Shown here one piece after another: positions 13,201 through 23,080 of a DNA stretch of 64,000 bases. The notes beneath the pieces were generated by a model that was given only the letters and a program-made list of their open reading frames with translations, was not told the DNA's origin and searched no databases. The number at the start of each line of letters is the position of its first letter. Position 1 is the first letter of the stretch. Position numbers and translations under genes: made by a program. This stretch comes from Blastocladiella emersonii ATCC 22665 (taxonomy: Eukaryota; Fungi; Blastocladiomycota), in NCBI GenBank assembly GCA_025594325.1, contig JANHCV010000011.1, positions 806,001-870,000 on the forward strand. The letters run 5' to 3'.

Positions 13201-15094
13201 CGACTTTGACAGCCCGCTGCGCCGCCTGACGGCCGAGAGCGACGACGTCATGGACCTCATGCAGGAGACGATCCCCGAGGGCGCGTTTGATCTCGACGAC
13301 GCCATGGAGCTCGAGGGCGGCAGCGACGTCGAAGAGGCGGACGCGGACATTGACGTGGACGCGGTACCGCGGCACGTTCCGGGCGGCGAGCTCGTCAAGC
13401 GCGCGCAAAAGGCGGGCAAGCGGCTCGGGTTCGACGAGCACGGGCGGGTGACGGCCGAGTCGCTGCTCCGCGCGGCGGGGGTCGTGTTCCCGCCGACGGC
13501 GGCGCACGACCGCCCCATGACCCTGCGCGTGCCCGTGTCGCTGCACCACGCGGTGGCGCTGTCGTGGCCGCAGCTCGAGCTGCTGCACCAACTGTGCGGC
13601 AACATGCTGCGCGAGATTGAGGCGCTGGCGCCGGAACTCGACCGGCTCGAGGCGCGCGCGCGCACCGAGGCGGGCAACCTGGCGGCACGGTGGCGCGAGG
13701 TCCAGGACCGCCCGCAGCTGCAGGCCTTCTACCTCGAGCAGCTGCAGCAGTACCACGCGGCCGCGGTGCTCGTCGCGCAGCGCACCCGCATGCACGCGCA
13801 CAACGAGTACCTGCAGCAGCTCATGGAGCACCTCGAGGCCACGCGCAAGTCGCTCGAGGCCGACGACCAGAGTCTCGAGCACCGCGTCCAGGTCATGGGC
13901 ACCATCGAGCGCGACCTCGCCGAGCTCGTCGAGAACAAGGCCGAGCAGCGGCTTATCGAGCAGACGCGCTTTGAGGAGTCGCGCCGCGGGTTCGAGGAGC
14001 GCATCCACGCCGCGCGTGTCCGCGTCGAGGAGCTCCGCCGTCGCCGCACGTCCGTGCTCGACGACGTCGCCGCCACCCGCACGCGGCTCGAGTCGCTCAA
14101 GGCCGAGGTCGCCGGGAAGCGCACCGCCAACGACGCCGGCCGCGTCCGCATCGCCGCGCTCGACCGCCGCATTGCCGAGGCACGCAACATGCCCACCGTC
14201 GACGACTACCGCGGGCAGCGTGACATGTACAAGTTCATCGTGGCCGTCACCGGGTGGGAGATTGACGAGGAACAGTCGACGTGGGGGCCTGATACTGTCA
14301 CCGACGCCGACGACGCTTCGTGCAGCCCCGGCGCCACAATCACGCGCCGCGTCGCCCTCGATGAGCAGCGCAAGGACCTCGTGCTCGTGTACCGCAAGGG
14401 CCTGCAGCTCCTGCTGCGGTACAACCCGGATACCGCGTGGGAGCTGATCTCGGCGTCGCTCACGCCGCTCCGCAAACGGTTCGGCCCGCACGTCGTGCAC
14501 CAGCTCGCGCCCGGGATCCCTGCGCGCGCCGGCGCCGTCAACAAGATCGCCGAGGCCGAAGCCGCGGCTGCCATGGGTTCCGACTCCGCCGACCCATCGA
14601 CAACCACTTCGGCCGCCGCCGCCGCCGCCTCGGCCGCGGGATGGTCCGAAGTCGACGGCGCGGTGCGCTGGATCGCGCGACGGTGGGACGCATGGACGGC
14701 TTTGGTCCCGCACTGGTCGCACGCGCTGGCGGCGCACGCGGGCACGCTGACGGTGCAGGACGGCGACGTGGATCCTGCGTCGGGCCTGCCGCGGCAGCTC
14801 GTCGTGCTCAAGGTGCGCCTGACGGGCCGCGGCACGCGGTACTGGGTCGACCTGCACCTGTCGGTCGACCCGTGGACGTGGCGGCCCGGCGTGCCCGTGT
14901 CGGTCGACGTCACCTGGCGGTACGGCACGCTGCCGATTGCGCAGTGCAACGCGGCCGCGCGCGACGCGGTTCTCGCGGAGGACGCGCGCGGGGAGAAGAG
15001 TCGCGGGCATTGGGTCGCGATCGCGGACGCGTACAAGCGCGTGCTCGAGGACGCGAACCCGACGGCGGCCACGGCCGCGTCGCTCGCGCAGTGA
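10244..15094 (+). CDS. SPC105: Kinetochore scaffold Spc105/Spc7/KNL1 homolog (two short introns near 10557-10620 and 10899-10968)
   Basis: After splicing, the N-terminus has GGILR (SILK-like) then RRVSFAPHASIRNF (RVSF PP1 motif). A long disordered middle is followed by a coiled coil and a C-terminal RWD-like region (YKFIVAVTGWEI...). Confidence 0.8.
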   Translation: MKRSHPPPSAGDVTPRGKSARTRPPVPPSPLRLPPLSGPGAGARHATSPLQEPALSAAAGSAAASASGAGATADDEDDDESNNVAGSQSALPPSQSTPGGGILRYRTRALIVIWPSLTRPCIHTRSRASGIPHDDRRRSLGRRVSFAPHASIRNFQIVPAVESPESDRSSEDAFDFAFGSNGDESGDAAAAADDDDDDDDSESDGEILAVLLGKNAQQAYVSHRALNRVVPFLTSISPSLSSPAPSFPWSDDDDSTLTVANPEQDAEPESPAAEPDDEPAPEDGGDGDGEQYYHGDNDEDRHYDNDHYDAAPDASNSAEHDEYEHEYEVPIPSASPSSVKEVPAHDADEQNYDADTSHYDELPEREPAPEHAHPLVDPYAPDDGLEFEPIDPFDTPGRRYSWGNSTVGNRTPSSAARGTQEFTMSLSALRNDGNGGDDDEDTFGYRRAPSISSRARESLAPSLPDLERDAPYETETEPEYAAEPGYDQGAAAGTPPPPRSPFPEDDDAAPTPRASQYDAEPTPRPAAPSASAAAASYGDYGYDEAAAERVRRSLSTVTERTEPDTSRSTAVSPASDRSPGALDTPAAPAASTARSSPPKSEISTWLSRRLLAAASSAAAPPMSPPVPAVAARMHADLFANIVTPRADRTAPAPAPATRPISPVVAAALASAESLRARGLSPRTSPEAAQLTQDLRAALEKSRAQPTRVPRTASPAPATPESQRMADIRASLAASPRRGSSSGSGGGGTPGSAAADRERQLDAEARARIERLQNSLGELSATVDSSRLQQMRIATEASAIAQYAASPRRASGAGASANWLATPRGGSSAAAARVPEPELGNAGSPQWRSNSGSASASGASPSSSSATAASATAAAAAARAPEPGIADIEPPPQWSSNSASLSASGASSSATATAAAAASAASSTTADSPFTASVNRFLDETAERQRALVAEFASISSSSSSSAMGPPRLLTPAHRRVLESSAGGGGSDFDSPLRRLTAESDDVMDLMQETIPEGAFDLDDAMELEGGSDVEEADADIDVDAVPRHVPGGELVKRAQKAGKRLGFDEHGRVTAESLLRAAGVVFPPTAAHDRPMTLRVPVSLHHAVALSWPQLELLHQLCGNMLREIEALAPELDRLEARARTEAGNLAARWREVQDRPQLQAFYLEQLQQYHAAAVLVAQRTRMHAHNEYLQQLMEHLEATRKSLEADDQSLEHRVQVMGTIERDLAELVENKAEQRLIEQTRFEESRRGFEERIHAARVRVEELRRRRTSVLDDVAATRTRLESLKAEVAGKRTANDAGRVRIAALDRRIAEARNMPTVDDYRGQRDMYKFIVAVTGWEIDEEQSTWGPDTVTDADDASCSPGATITRRVALDEQRKDLVLVYRKGLQLLLRYNPDTAWELISASLTPLRKRFGPHVVHQLAPGIPARAGAVNKIAEAEAAAAMGSDSADPSTTTSAAAAAASAAGWSEVDGAVRWIARRWDAWTALVPHWSHALAAHAGTLTVQDGDVDPASGLPRQLVVLKVRLTGRGTRYWVDLHLSVDPWTWRPGVPVSVDVTWRYGTLPIAQCNAAARDAVLAEDARGEKSRGHWVAIADAYKRVLEDANPTAATAASLAQ

Positions 15095-15174
15095 GAAGAA
15101 CGCAGAGTGGCACAATAGGTAGTGTAATAAATGCGTTTTTATACAGGCTAAGAAGGGGTTTCCACCGAGCGCGA

Positions 15175-15292
15175 CTACTCCTTGCGTGGGCGCTTGTTGC
15201 GGCGACCCATACCCGACTCGGGCTTGGCGGCGGCCTTGCGCTTGACCGAGTCGACGAGCGCCGAGAGCGACTTGGTGGCGGCTTCCGGCGCC

Positions 15293-15339
<47 letters not shown>

Positions 15340-17529
15340 CGAGGGAGCCGCAGCCGCACCCGCCTTGGGCGCGGGCGCGTTGGTGGCAATCGCGCGCTGG
15401 CGGCGCTTGGCCTTGAGCAGCTCCTTCATGCCGTCGGTCTCGCGGAAGTGCGGGTTGGTTGGGTCGATGGCGAACTCGGACTCGTTGAACACGGACCGGA
15501 ACCGGTCGTCGGCAATGTCGACCTTGAAGTTGGCGACGCCGTCCTCCTCGTCCTCGCGCCGGGCCTCGTCCTCGCGCTGCTTGCGCTTCGACTTTTTCTT
15601 CTCCTTCTTGGTCAGCGGCTTGATCTCCTCGTCGTCGCCGTCGTCGCGCGCGACAGCGGGCTTGGCCGGCTTCTTCTTGTCCTTCTTGCCGGCCACGACC
15701 ACCGTGTCGGCCGACTTGCCGCTGCGCTCGGCGCGCTCGACGGCGTCCATGTCGACCTCGGCCGCGAAGAAGGGGTCGTTGAACCCGAGATCCTCGTCGC
15801 CGTCGTCGCCCATGAAGAACCCGTCCGCGCCCTCGCCGTCCGAGCCCGAGTGCTCGTCGACCGCCGCGGCACCGCGCCCGCCGCGGCCAGCCTTGCGGGC
15901 CTCGCGCTTCTCGCGCTGCTTGCGCTGGTACTTTTCGATGGTGGTCTCGTTCTCGAGGCGCTTGCGCTCCTCGCGCTCCTTGATGAGCATCTCGGCCTTC
16001 TCGGAGAGGCCGGGCGCGAACGAGATCTCCATGTCGCCCGTCACCTCCTCGTCGCTGTCGCTGCCGTCGACGCCGCGGCGCGCCTTCTTGCTGTTGCTGC
16101 CGCCAGCGCCGGGGTTCTTGGACTTGTCGAGGCCGAGGAGCGCGAGGTACTTGGCGCGCTGCGCCTCGGGGTCCTCGCCGTCGCCGCCACCGTCCTCAGC
16201 GTCGTCGTCCGAGTCCGAGGCAATGTACGCCGAAAAGTCCATCTTGTCGAGCTCGTCCTTGCCGAGCTTCTTGCGGGTGACGAGGGCGCGATCCGGGTCG
16301 TCCTCGTCCCAGGTGAGCTTGACGTTGGTGTGCTGGAGCGCCTTGGTCTCGAACTTGATGGGCTTGTACGAGAAGTCGGCGGCGGCGGCGGACGTGGCGA
16401 CATCGCGCGGCTCGTCGTCGTCGAACGAGGTGTCGTCGGGGATGAACCGCAGGTCAAAGAAGTTACTGGTCGCCTCGAACTCGGTGCCGTCGACGGCGCG
16501 GAACACGGTGGCGGCCGTCTCGACGGCGTCGCACTCGACCACCGCGTAGTAGTACCGCAGCCGCTCGAGCTGGTACCGGCGCAGCGCGATCGGGTCAAAG
16601 TCGGCGTCGTCCTCCTCCATCTCGCCCGTCCGCACGTTGCGCTTGAACCGCGGCTTCTCGGGCGACGCGAGCGTCGTCGGGTGCTCCTCCTCCATCGGCT
16701 CGTCGCCCTCCTCGTCACTCGACTCCTCCTCGTCAGCCGACTGGTCAACGGGCACCGCGACAGCGCCGCCGATCATGGGCCCGAACCGGGCCTCGTGGGC
16801 CATGCGCTCCTTGCCGAACTCGGACGGGTACACGGTCACGGAGACGATGGCGGCGCCCTGCGGCTTGAGCGAGTCGAACACCTTGTACAGGTCGGCGGCC
16901 TTGATGTGGTCCCAGTCCATGTTGACGACGGCGAACCGGCGCGTCGCGTCGCCCAGCGGGATCTCCTTGCGGTCCAGCACCTCGTCGAACACGGCCTCCT
17001 CGTCGTCGGCGTCGTCGCCGAGATCGAGCGCGTCCACGTCCGAGTCCGAGTCGTCGGACCCGTGCGCGGAGCCCGCGGCGTCGTCGTCGCTGTCGCTCGC
17101 CTCGCCGCGGAGAAGTGCGGCCATGCGCGCCGCGCGGGCGTCCTCGTCCTCCTCGTCCTCGTCATCCGACGACGACTCCGAGTCGGCATCCGACGCCTCC
17201 TTCTCCTTGTCGCCCTCCTCCTTCTCGTCCTCGTCGTCGGACGAGTCAAAGTCGTAGAAGCGGTGGAGCTCGTCGGTCTTGGCGGACTCGGCGACGCGGC
17301 GGCCGTACTTGTCGACGGGCGGGGCGGTCTTGAAGTCGTCGTCGGCGTTGAGCAGGTCCTTGAACCGGCGGTCGACCTTGACCTTGGCGTTCTTCTTCTT
17401 GATGGGCGCGAACCGCGGGTCCTTGTGGACCGACGCGAACCGCGAGTCGTCGATCACGGGCAGCGGCGCGAGCTTCTCCTTGCCGGCAGCAGCGGCGGAG
17501 GGCAGCGGCGTCTTGCGTTTGCGGGCCAT
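15175..17529 (-). CDS. ESF1: Pre-rRNA processing protein Esf1 (NUC153 domain)
   Basis: DSRFASVHKDPRF; VDKYGR; TRRFAVVNMDWDHIKAADL; RRYQLERLRYYYAVVECD; DDRFRSVFNESEFAIDPTNPHFRET. Confidence 0.95.
15291..15338 (+). repeat. (GCG)n trinucleotide run encoding poly-Ala in Esf1
   Basis: Directly visible gcggcggcg... run. Confidence 0.9.
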
Positions 17530-17711
17530 GGTGTTGATGCGTAGCGGGTGCCGGTTTAACTGTGGCGCAGCTCAAGGAGTCGAGAGCGTGAGGACAAGGA
17601 GGTCGGAAAACGCGTCGCAAGCAAAAGTGCGTTTGCGTCACGTGGCGGCGCCTGACGCGTCGCGAGGGCGAGCGGGGTGGTATTCACAGTTTATACATTT
17701 AACGACTACCG

Positions 17712-18404
17712 CTACCGGGACCCGTACGCGGACCGGTACAGGAGCTGGAGCGCGTACTGCTTCGTTTCGGGGTCCCAGAACGTGAAGAACTTGCCCTCGG
17801 ACAGATCAATCTCGCGGGCGGGGACCTTGAATGCGACCGTCTCGTACGGCTCAGCGGCGACGACCACGTACTGCCAGTTGCGGTCGGGCACCTCGATGCG
17901 CTGCTCGAAGGCGCCCATGAACCGGTGGCGGGGCTTCTCGCCCTTGGCGATCTCCGGGTACGCGATGCGGAACAGGAACCCGTGCTGCTTCGTCTCCGGG
18001 TCGCGCACCTTGAGCACCTCGTACCCGGGCCGCCCGATCTTGATGAACTGCTTCTTGGGCACGCCGAGCGCGTCGGCCACGGGCTGCGCCGCGAGCTGTG
18101 CGGGCGTCGGGCCCTGCGCCGCGGCGCCGATCCGCGCCTCGCGCGCGTGGCGGCGCGCCAGGTTCGCCTGGTGCTTCTTGCCCTGCGTGTGCGCGAGGTA
18201 GCTGCCCTCGTTGGTGTGCAGCGTCAGGCACAGCTTGCACTCGTACGAGCCCAGGTGGTTCTTGAGGATGTACGGGTCCTTGGAGATGTCAATCGTCTCG
18301 AGCGCCAGCTTGCGCAGCCGCTCGCGGCGGTCCACGTTGCTCTCGCTCGAACCCGCCACGCCGCCGGAACCGGGCTTCGAGCCGACGCGGTTCTGGAAAT
18401 CCAT
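17712..18404 (-). CDS. SF3A2: Splicing factor 3A subunit 2 (SF3a66/Sap62/Prp11)
   Basis: MDFQNRVGSKPGSGG...RRERLRKLALETIDISKDPY...YECKLCLTLHTNEGSYLAHTQGKKHQ; AAEPYETVAFK. Confidence 0.97.
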   Translation of the reverse strand: MDFQNRVGSKPGSGGVAGSSESNVDRRERLRKLALETIDISKDPYILKNHLGSYECKLCLTLHTNEGSYLAHTQGKKHQANLARRHAREARIGAAAQGPTPAQLAAQPVADALGVPKKQFIKIGRPGYEVLKVRDPETKQHGFLFRIAYPEIAKGEKPRHRFMGAFEQRIEVPDRNWQYVVVAAEPYETVAFKVPAREIDLSEGKFFTFWDPETKQYALQLLYRSAYGSR

Positions 18405-18661
18405 TGCAGTAAGCTGGGTGGTTGGGTATTGGTTTGATTCGTTCGGTGTGTGCGAGGGGGGTGAAGGGGGAGCGCGTCGTTTGCGACCACTCCGACCGCG
18501 TCAGCCCGCGACCATGGCCACTGACCACCGACCACCAACCTCCTCAGTCCTCCGCGGCCAACAGATTGTTGGTAGACCGACCACGGCCGCCAGTCACCGA
18601 GGAGGAAGTAGCACATAACTGCTGGTTTATGATCATGTACACCCACAACCTCCTCCACCCG

Positions 18662-21187
18662 CTACTCGCCGCTGACACACTCGCCCGCGCGTCCGCGGCA
18701 CCACGTCGGCTGGAGCGGGGCCGACGGCACGCCGCGCCACGAGAGGAGCCGCTCGCGCGCGTCGTGCAGGCGCTCCGTGACGTCGACCCAGCGGTTGCCG
18801 TCGGTGCCGGGGTCGACGCCCGGGTGGCTCCACGCGCGCTCGGCGAAGGCGACGGCGCGAGGGAAGATGCGCTGCATCACGTTGCCCGCGTCGGCCTGCT
18901 CGGTCCACATACACACTTCTCCCCCGATCACGGCGTCTTTCGCGACAGGGAGAGCGGGTGCGGACCACGAGGGGCCGTCCGCGGGAGCCGTGTCGCCGGG
19001 GAACGGGTCGTAGTCGTACACGGCGCCCCAGGGGCGCTTTTTGCACCACCCTAGTGCCTCGACAGGAGCCCCAGTTGTCCAAGCCCCATGGCCGCAGTCA
19101 AGGTACCAGGCGTTGGCGTTGGACACGATAGCCTGTTTGCCGGCCTTCTTGACGAGCGCGAGCGTGTCCGGGTCCGACTTGGTCCACAGCTGGACCGCCT
19201 GGAACACGCCACCATCTTCACCGCCGTCGCGCTCGAGCCCCTGGTTGAGGAACGGCTCCTCCCACACGATACTGCGGCGGTTCGGGAGCGAGGCCTTGAG
19301 CGCGGGGCGGAGGCGGCGGTGGAACTCCTTGAGCGTGACGGCCGTGTTGCCGCCGTTGAGCGAGGCCCAGCACTCGGCGTTGATCTCGTCGTGGCCGAGG
19401 TGCACGTACGTGTCCGGGAACAGGCGCGCCATGGCGGCGAGGATCTTGCCGACGACCGCGTACGTCGCGTCCTTGGTCGGGTCCAGCTGCCCCGTCGGCG
19501 GCGCCGCACCAAACTTGTTGTACGGCTGCCGGTTCGCGCACATGATGATGTCCGGGTAGCTGTGGATGAATGAGTACGTGTGCCCCGGCACGTCGAACTC
19601 GGGGATCACGCGCACGCCGCGCTGGCGACTATTGGACGGTAGCTCGTTAGTGGTGCGACGCCATGCGGCCGAGTCGAGAACGCGTACCAGTACTCGAGGA
19701 ACGCAACCACGTCCTCCTCCGAATACGTCTCGCGGGGCGAGTAGGCGCCCTTTTCCGCCAACTCGGGGATCTCGCGGAGCCGCATCGGGAACGACTGCGC
19801 GTCGGAGATGTGCCAGTGGAACACGTTCATCTTGGCCGCCGCGATCCCGTCGACGATGCGCCGCAGCGTCGCCATGGGGATGAAATGGCGCGCCGTGTCG
19901 ACGAGCAGGCCGCGGTGCGGGACACGCGGCCAGTCGGTGATCGTCAGCGGCGCCGCCTGCACCGTGTACCCGGCGGCCGCACACGCCGCAACGGCCGCGG
20001 CCGGGAGCGCGCCGGTCTCGCCGGGGACAAACAGCGCGTCGGCACGCTGCGCGAGAACCCCCGGCTGCGCCGGCTGCACGAGCTGCGCGACCGTGTCGAG
20101 CGCGCGCATCGCGCCGTACAAGGTCACGGCCTGCACGGTGATGGCCATGCCGGCGGCCGCGGCGGTCTCGGCGACATCGACCGAGTACTTTTCGTTGGTC
20201 TCGAGCCGCAGGTCCTCGTTGGCCGACGTCACCTGGATCCGGAGCACCGCAGTCCCAGCTGCAGGGGCGGCGGCGTCCCCGGCGCCAGCGACTGTGACGG
20301 GGATCGCGGTGGGGTCCGAGCACCCGAAGATGATGGGCACGTAGCGTGCGACCGTGGAGCGGAACAGCGGCGACGGGGCGGCGGCGCCCGTGGGCGGGAC
20401 GAGCACGACGGCGACCGACTTGGGCAGCGGGACCTTGAGTTTGGCCGTGGCGGGGCTCGAGATGCGGCGCGGCAGCGGCCACAGCGACACGGGCGCCGAC
20501 CGGCCCGCGCTCGCCGTCGCGTTGGCCCCGCCCGCCGTACCAGTGCCGGCGCCGCCCGCGGTCGGCGAGGTGCCCGAGTGTGTGGTGCTCCCGTCGAGGC
20601 CTAGAAGCGGACGAGATGCGGGTCAGAAGGTGTGGCGTGCATGCACCAGTAAACCCGAGGCGCGCGTGCGTACCGGCAGCGAGCTTGGCGTTGGCGTTGA
20701 TGAACAGCGTGGTCATGACGGCGGCGTAGACGGCAGCCGCGAGCAGGAGCAGCGTCGCGATGCTGGTGCGGCACGGGCCGAGGAACAGGCGGCGGTGCAG
20801 CCACGACTCGCTCTGGCCGCTGCCGTTGGGCGAAGGCGCGGAACCGCGCGGCGCGTCGGACGGGTGCGGCTTGAGGGCGGCCATGCCGAACGTCTCGGAC
20901 GACGAGGGGAGCGTCGCGGCCGAGTCCTTGGTCGAGCGCGGGAGCCGCGGCTCGTCGCGGTTGTCGGCGCCCACGGCGTTCTGGTGTCGGCGCAAGTTCA
21001 TGCGGGTCGAGGAGGAGGAGGAGGCGTCGCTGTCGGAACCCGCAGGATCGGTGTCGCTGTCGGTGTCGCTGCCGCTATCGGATGCAGATGATGCTGGAGA
21101 AGAGAAGAGGAGCGGCGCCTGCTCGCGATCAGCGTCGAGCGGGGCGTCGTCGTTTGCCGCCGCCACAGGTCGCTGCGGCGTCGCCAT
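18662..21187 (-). CDS. GH20 beta-N-acetylhexosaminidase, type II membrane-anchored (introns near 20650-20600 and 19690-19620)
   Basis: TM segment IATLLLLAAAVYAAVMTTLF. HRGLLVDTARHF; MNVFHWHISDAQSFP; VIPEFDVPGH; catalytic HLGHDE; YLDCGHG; VIGGEVCMWTE; RIFPRAVAFAERAWS. Confidence 0.93.
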   Translation of the reverse strand: MATPQRPVAAANDDAPLDADREQAPLLFSSPASSASDSGSDTDSDTDPAGSDSDASSSSSTRMNLRRHQNAVGADNRDEPRLPRSTKDSAATLPSSSETFGMAALKPHPSDAPRGSAPSPNGSGQSESWLHRRLFLGPCRTSIATLLLLAAAVYAAVMTTLFINANAKLAAGTHARLGFTGACTPHLLTRISSASRPRREHHTLGHLADRGRRRHWYGGRGQRDGERGPVGARVAVAAAAPHLEPRHGQTQGPAAQVGRRRARPAHGRRRPVAAVPLHGRTLRAHHLRVLGPHRDPRHSRWRRGRRRPCSWDCGAPDPGDVGQRGPAARDQRKVLGRCRRDRRGRRHGHHRAGRDLVRRDARARHGRAARAAGAAGGSRAACRRAVCPRRDRRAPGRGRCGVCGRRVHGAGGAADDHRLAACPAPRPARRHGAPFHPHGDAAAHRRRDRGGQDERVPLAHLRRAVVPDAAPRDPRVGGKGRLLAPRDVFGGGRGCVPRVLVRVLDSAAWRRTTNELPSNSRQRGVRVIPEFDVPGHTYSFIHSYPDIIMCANRQPYNKFGAAPPTGQLDPTKDATYAVVGKILAAMARLFPDTYVHLGHDEINAECWASLNGGNTAVTLKEFHRRLRPALKASLPNRRSIVWEEPFLNQGLERDGGEDGGVFQAVQLWTKSDPDTLALVKKAGKQAIVSNANAWYLDCGHGAWTTGAPVEALGWCKKRPWGAVYDYDPFPGDTAPADGPSWSAPALPVAKDAVIGGEVCMWTEQADAGNVMQRIFPRAVAFAERAWSHPGVDPGTDGNRWVDVTERLHDARERLLSWRGVPSAPLQPTWCRGRAGECVSGE

Positions 21188-22112
21188 GCTTGGGGGAGCG
21201 AACGCAGGCAGTCCGCCGACACGAGACGGGGGACAAACCGCAGCATCGTTGTTGCCGACGCCCACGCACGCCCACCCTGCGGCGTCGGCGTAGTGGCGGC
21301 GAATCAGCTGACGCCGTGGCGCAACACGCCTGGTGGCAGCGACGGCGGCCGCCGCCGATGATGACCACGGTGGCCGACCTCAAGCTGCATGAGGAGGCGG
21401 GATTGCTCGAATTGCTGGCGAAATCATGGCGGTGAAGCTTGTGCTGTTCTCGAATGAAATCTGTGGTTGAGAGACCTCGACGACCTCAACGACGATCCGT
21501 CCCGCTTCATGCACGACAGCCGGCCGTCCCGCTCTCTCCCGCTCCATCGCGCGCATCGTTGTCTCCACCCTCGCGCATGGATCAGGGCCAGAAACAGACG
21601 CGAGGCGGCGACAAAAACGCGTCGCGAGCCGTGCGCACGTGATATCGCGACGCGTCTCCCGTGTCTCGCGCCATCGCGCGCGCTTGTCCGCCGAATGCAT
21701 GGCCCCCGCGCGCGCTCGCGCGCCCGATATCTCTCGCCCGCTGTGTTGTCCGCCAAATATGTGGCGCCCCGCGTCCTCACGCACTCGACATCTCTCGCCC
21801 GCTGTGCGCTCCTCACTCTCGGCGCGCTCGTACCCCCTCCCCATGCAATGCAATCGGAGCCCGCACCTGTGAACAACTGCACACACCGAGACTAGCGGCA
21901 ACTCGATACCCCCGCACCGAACCGTCGATATCGACGACGAAGCAGACGAAGCAGAAGCACTAGCCGCGACGCACGCTCGACGCGACACAAGCTCGACTCG
22001 TCGCGCTACCCCTCCTCCCTCCACCAACTCGCGCGCGCGCTCGTTCGGCGAACCCCGCACACAAACAACACCCGAATCTGCGTCCCCAGTGGACCGAACA
22101 TCCGCCGCCATC

Positions 22113-23014
22113 ATGCCTGCGACAGAAGACAAGTTCGAGCTGGTACTCTCGGCCCGCTCGGCCTCTCGGCCCACTCGACATCCCCAACGACGCATCGCAC
22201 TTATTCGGCCCGCAATGTGTAGGTTGTAGTGGGGTCAGGCGGCGTGGGAAAGTCCTGCCTCACGGTTCGTTTCCTCAAGGACGATTTCACGTCCGACTAC
22301 GACCCAACAGTCGGTGCGTGACCCTCCCTCCCTCCCGACTCGAACCGGCCACCGCTCACCCCCACCGATCGCGCACGCGTAGAGGAAAACTATCGCAAGA
22401 ACGTGGTCGTCGACTCGCTGCCGTGCCAGCTGAGCATCATCGACACGGCCGGCCAGGTACTGGGACACCCGCACGATCCCTCGCGCCGCCCAGCGACTGA
22501 CCCACACCAACCGTGTAGCACGAGTACGAGGCGCTGCGCGACCAGCACTTGTCGTCGGGCAACGGATTCCTGCTCGTGTTCGCCCTCAACAAGGCCGACA
22601 CGCTCGAGGAGATCAAGCAGCTGCGCGAGCGCATCGTCATGGCCCGCAACAAGAAGCGGCTGCCCATGGTCGCCGTCGGGAACAAATGCGTACGCTCGCT
22701 CTTCACCCTTCTCCCGCCCCGCCTTCGGCACTCATACCTCCGCCGCACCCGTGTAGGATCTGCCCGACTCGGAGCGGCAGATCGACGCAAATACCGCGCA
22801 GGCGTACTTTGCGTCCTTCAAGATCCCGTACTTTGAGACCTCGGCCAAGGTCAACATCAACGTAACCGAGGCGTTCCAGGAGCTCGTGCGCCAGTGCCGC
22901 AAGGACGTGGCCAAGGCCGCCGGCTCGTCGGGCGCCGCCGTGAGCCCCGAGAAGTCGGCCGCGGGCGGCGCCGGGCCCGCCGAGAAGAAGAGCGGGTGTT
23001 GTCTCATCATGTAG
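22113..23014 (+). CDS. Ras-family small GTPase (5 exons) with CAAX
   Basis: [14 protein letters not shown]; YDPTVEENYRK; [13 protein letters not shown]; VGNK-DL; ETSAK; C-terminus SGCCLIM. Confidence 0.95.
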
Positions 23015-23080
23015 CCGCGGCCGACGGCGGCCTTCTCCCCCTCCCTCTCGCTTTGATGATTTTCAACACGTCTAGTTCAT

